Assembly: GCA_048013815.1 (NCBI GenBank)
Contig: CM106586.1
Location: 14,632,001-14,696,000 of the forward strand
Source of the DNA: Setoptus koraiensis
Taxonomy: Eukaryota; Animalia; Arthropoda
Length of the DNA: 64,000 bases
Reading direction: 5' to 3'
Below are positions 59,803-64,000 of this stretch, in pieces (position 1 is the stretch's first letter; each line of letters opens with the position of its first letter). The notes beneath the pieces are model-generated. The model was not told where the DNA came from and made no database searches. It saw only the letters and a program-made list of their open reading frames with translations. A program made the translations under genes and the position numbers.

Positions 59803-62800
59803 ACTGTATAACGGCGACTGTATAACGGGCAGAGAGGCTCGTGTAACGGCGCAGAGGCCGAAGAAGCCAATTAAGCGACGTGACAAAATTCACATATTCA
59901 TGACAATGCTCAAGTGCGCCATTGTTGGCCGTGGCGGCCTTTGTTGCTGCTCCGATTTGCAGAAGTGTCGCCCGCTGGCCAACGCCGCTGACCATATATC
60001 ACGCAAACAAGCCAAATTGATACCACATTCTGGAGCCGCTCAGTCTGGCCCCGTCGAACCGCCTGTCGATTGTCGCGAGTGTCGACAAAATCTGACAAAA
60101 GTTGCAGTTTATCCACCATCCAAAATCGGCCTAAAACCTAAGTAAACAAACGAGCTTTTACAATAACGATGGCATTAGATCAGCTCGATTTGCCGGTCGC
60201 ACAAAATCGAGCACTCGGTCCAAGGGAGCCCGTTGAACACTTTGTGCACTTTGCCCGATGACAGTTCACAATCGCTACAAGAGCTACAATCGCTACAGGA
60301 GCTACAAGAGCTGCAAGAGCTACAAGAGAGAGCGGCCCGAAACGCGCCAGATCCGACAAAATCCGCGCGCCACTTTGCGCCTCGTTTGCATATCGCTCTC
60401 ACAACGTCAGCCGTTGAAAACCCGTTGAGGCTTACAATTGTTACAATTGTTGGGCTGGCTTATCCCGGCCGATTTGTCGGTTTGCCCGCTGCACGCCGAC
60501 AAATCGCATGCCCGAATAGCGGCCGCGCGATCCGCGAGCCGGCGCAGCCAGTCGATTTTGGCCATTTTTTCAATTGTCAAATTTTCAAATATTTTAAATA
60601 AATAGTCGAAACAATCGTGTGTGCGAGCGCCACCAAAATCAACTTATCGGGCCGGCGAGCCGCTGCACAAAATCCGTATTTTTGCGCGCAACTTTGCCCC
60701 TAAGCAGAGCGTGCCGACTGTCAGGGGCCAACCGTCAGAGGGCCAACTGTCACCCGACGACGACTGTCACCCGACGACCACTGCCACGACGCAACCATGG
60801 GCCGCCGAGACGCCTGAACTTGACACTTGCCGCCGCCGCCGTTGGGTTACCTTGACAGAATCGAGTTGATGCGGCGCGTATGCGTGCCTAGCCGGTCGCT
60901 CGCTCGCCTGGCCGTGCTCGGGCCGCTCCCTGTCGGCGGGGCCCGTCGGCGGGCCCCGCAACCAACTGAACCGTTACAGTGGCTGCCGGTGAGCGGTTGC
61001 CAACCGCTGTTGCGGGCCGTTGCGGACTGTTGTTGGCTGTTGTGGGCTGTTGTTGGCACAACGACGGCCAATTGTTTATTTATTCATCTCCGCCACTGTG
61101 CCATCTAATTTAAATAAAGCCCTCGGTTGCCGTTCGAGCGAACTCGCGTCCACCGCTCGTCACATATGATTTTGACAGTTCTAGTTCTGACAGTTCTCAT
61201 GTATCCAAACGTATATATCGCGGCGCGATTGCCCGCAACATACTTGTTGATGTTTGTCGAGATGTCTCTGGCTGCTGGCTGCTGATTGCCGATTGCCGGC
61301 CAGCCAGTCGGCGAGCGTCGCAAAAGTCAAATATTGATATTGCGCCTCAATATTCTTCAATATCTGCAATCGATGAATGGACGAAACAACACTCAAACGA
61401 AGCCACAACTGCCACAAAATGCACTCGAGACAGCGAAATTGTCAAGTGGCCGACAGGAACAACTTTTGAGGCGCCTCGAGTGTTTGCGCCCACTAAAGTG
61501 TCATTGTTCCGTCGGATCGCGCACAATATTACAATATTCACGGGCGAATATTTAGATAGACAGACTAAGAATTTGGGTCGGTGACTGGCGAAAATCATAA
61601 AATTTGCCCAAAAATACAGCGAGAAATGCCCTGAAAACAGCTCGAGAGTCATGAAAAAGGCCGATGGCGGATACAAAGTTCAATTTGTGGATAGTGACGG
61701 GCATTGCGGGGGTATCCGTGGTGGGTATTGCGGGGCATCCGTGATGGGCGCTGCGGGGGTGCCCACGATGGGAAGACTGTCGATTTGAAGCGGACAGTTT
61801 TCAAATGGACTAACCGGGTGCCGATTGTTGCAATTGTGTCACGCTCTCTGGCGGCGAGCTGTGCCAGTGGTTACAGTGCGCGACGACAGTTGAGTAACAC
61901 ACACTGGCCACAATTCAATTATTTGTGTTTGGCGTCACAACAAAATTGTGCCAGTGGCAGTGCAAGCAACCGCCGGTAGAGTGCCGGGCGCAGCGTTTAA
62001 TTGTGGCTGTTTTGATTACTTTTGATATAGACTGACTGACTCGCCGACCAGGCGGCTCGCTGACCGAGTGAGCGGGTGACCGAATGAGCGGGCGACCGAG
62101 TGAGCGGGTGAGTCGGGTGCGCGAGTGCAAGTCGAGTGGCAACTTTTGATGTTGTTGGCGACAAGTTGTTGTTGTTGCTGTTGTCAGTGTTATGAATGAA
62201 CGGTTACGTAATCCAATTTGCAAATATTTGCAAGTGCAAGGCGCAGTTGGTCGTGTGTCAGCGGGCCTCAAGAGCTGGCACACTTGGCGTCGATATAACG
62301 ATATAACAGCGTGCGATATGAGTGCCACCTACCAACCAGCGCCACGTGACAAGTTGGACGGGCCGGCGCACAATTTGGACCTGTCACGGGCCAAACAGCC
62401 GGGCTAATCTACCAATTAAAGTGGGGCCCCGAAATGGATCGCGCGTAATTGCGTTCGTGCTGTGCGACGGCAGCGGCGCTATATCGGTGGCGGCGCTGTG
62501 CGGCGCGCGCCCGTAAGCCGGGCCGGCGCGGCTGACACGCCGCGATCGGAAGTGATAGTGATGATAGGCGACATAGTGACCACCAAATAGACACGATAAA
62601 CAAGTAGCGGCTTAGCCCAGATTGAGCCACCAGATGAGCTCACTCGATCATGGAGATGCCCGCAAGCCGCGACTGGCGGCCCGCAACTCGCGACTCGTGG
62701 CCCGCAACCCGCAACCCGCAATCTGCAATCCGCAACGACGGCGACATGCAGCGGCGGCCCGCAACCCGCAACGACGGCGACATGCAGCGACGGCAAAGGC

Positions 62801-63229
62801 GGCGACATGGCGACGGCGGCAACGATCCAACGATCGCCGGTATCCGCTGACTCGGGCCAAACGTTGTCGCGATCTGGCGCGCTCGTACGCAAGCGGGCAG
62901 ACAAACCGTAGCCAGACGTAACGGGGCGCGTTCACCTTATTGCGCCAAATCTCATCTCAGCGCGCGGATAACGGGACCTGATGACGTAATCATCAACCAC
63001 ACAAACAGTGTGTGTGTCGCTGTGTAAGTCTCTGGGGCGACATTAGATCACAGACGGGCAAACGGGCGCAGAGAAACAAGTGACAGTGACGTAATCTCGC
63101 TATTACATGAGCTAACAAGTGCACACTGGCGCGCAGTCAGTTGAAAGTAGCTGACTCTCTTTGTCGCTGTCACGGCCGTTGGTTATTGGTTATGGTCGCC
63201 AGTGAGCACAACAACTTGCGCAACATCAA

Positions 63230-63340
63230 CATCAGCGACAACGGCGACGACAGCGACAACAACAACAGCGACAGCAACAACAACAGCGACAGCAACAGCG
63301 ACAGCAACAACAACAGCGACAACAACAGCGACAACAACAA
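63230..63340. repeat. (CAA/CAG/CGA)n microsatellite
   Basis: Directly visible; a similar block lies at 63825-63888. Confidence 0.85.
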
Positions 63341-64000
63341 ATTTTCTGCTCGTTTTAACTTGTAAATTGCTTTATCCGGCGCTGTTACGCAACACGCAAT
63401 TACGTAGCATGGGCATGACATAGTCTATCTAATCTTACGTAATGTCATCGGCCGGCCGCTTCTTTAATCTAAATTACATCTTGTTTTTGTTCCAGTTTCA
63501 GCCGAAACTGCGGCCCGTCGCGGCCCGTCGCGGCTCGGGTCGCGGCTTCAATCCCGACTCTGGTTGCGCCGACAGCGCCATTCAATTGCGGCGATTTACT
63601 TTTCAGACGCGCCACCATTCCGTGATATATAGTGATATGTGGCGATATGTAGTCATACGTAATCGTACGTAGTGTGTCGTACGTAGTGCGCCGTATGTAG
63701 TGGGCCAAGATATTGCGCAACGTATATTGTTGTTGTTGTTGTTGTTTCTGTCAACTCAATATTGTTGTGTGTCGAGTAAAGTGCAGTTGCAGTTGACTTG
63801 CCAGCGGCAACAATATAAACAACATGCAACAACAACAACGGCGGCAACAACAACGGCAGCAACAACAACAACGGCAACAACAACAACATTGCCTCTGACT
63901 GGCAACAAACTGCGCTCGCAACGGCCAGATTGACTCGCGTAACTCGTGCCAGTCTAACTCGTGCCAGTCTAACTGTGTCTAACAGTTAGACTAACTCGAG

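Noticed and set aside
59901-60145. MLKCAIVGRGG resembling a Rossmann GxGxxG start
   Set aside because: The motif is incomplete and the rest of the short ORF shows no dehydrogenase features.

Overview
Eukaryotic (arthropod-like) genomic DNA with canonical GT-AG introns; no bacterial features. Compact, intron-poor genes and pervasive (CAA/GTT)n microsatellites suggest a miniaturised genome, possibly an acariform mite (inference only). Three compositional domains are visible. (1) 1-14.7 kb is GC-rich and repeat-rich, with no recognisable gene except a CDS 3' end at 1-156. (2) 14.9-54.7 kb is gene-dense: a ~1,929-aa MSK/JIL-1 (RPS6KA5) kinase, a stand-alone DUSP11/PIR-1-type RNA triphosphatase, four predicted secreted orphan genes (three share a novel two-Cys domain present in four copies), KCMF1, KCTD20/BTBD10, NDOR1, an RMDN-like TPR gene, LSM4, a DDX28-like gene lacking its whole DEAD domain, and a ~1,928-aa vitellogenin with no visible vWD domain. 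(3) 55-64 kb is again GC-rich and repeat-rich with no identifiable gene. Top leads: the secreted family cluster, the DDX28 half-helicase, a 24-nt microexon in the MSK activation loop, the displaced MSK hydrophobic motif, a 42-bp E2F-containing element duplicated in inverted orientation around LSM4 and DDX28-like, and two tiny spliced ORFs missed by the ORF track. All homology calls come from recalled motifs; no searches were run.
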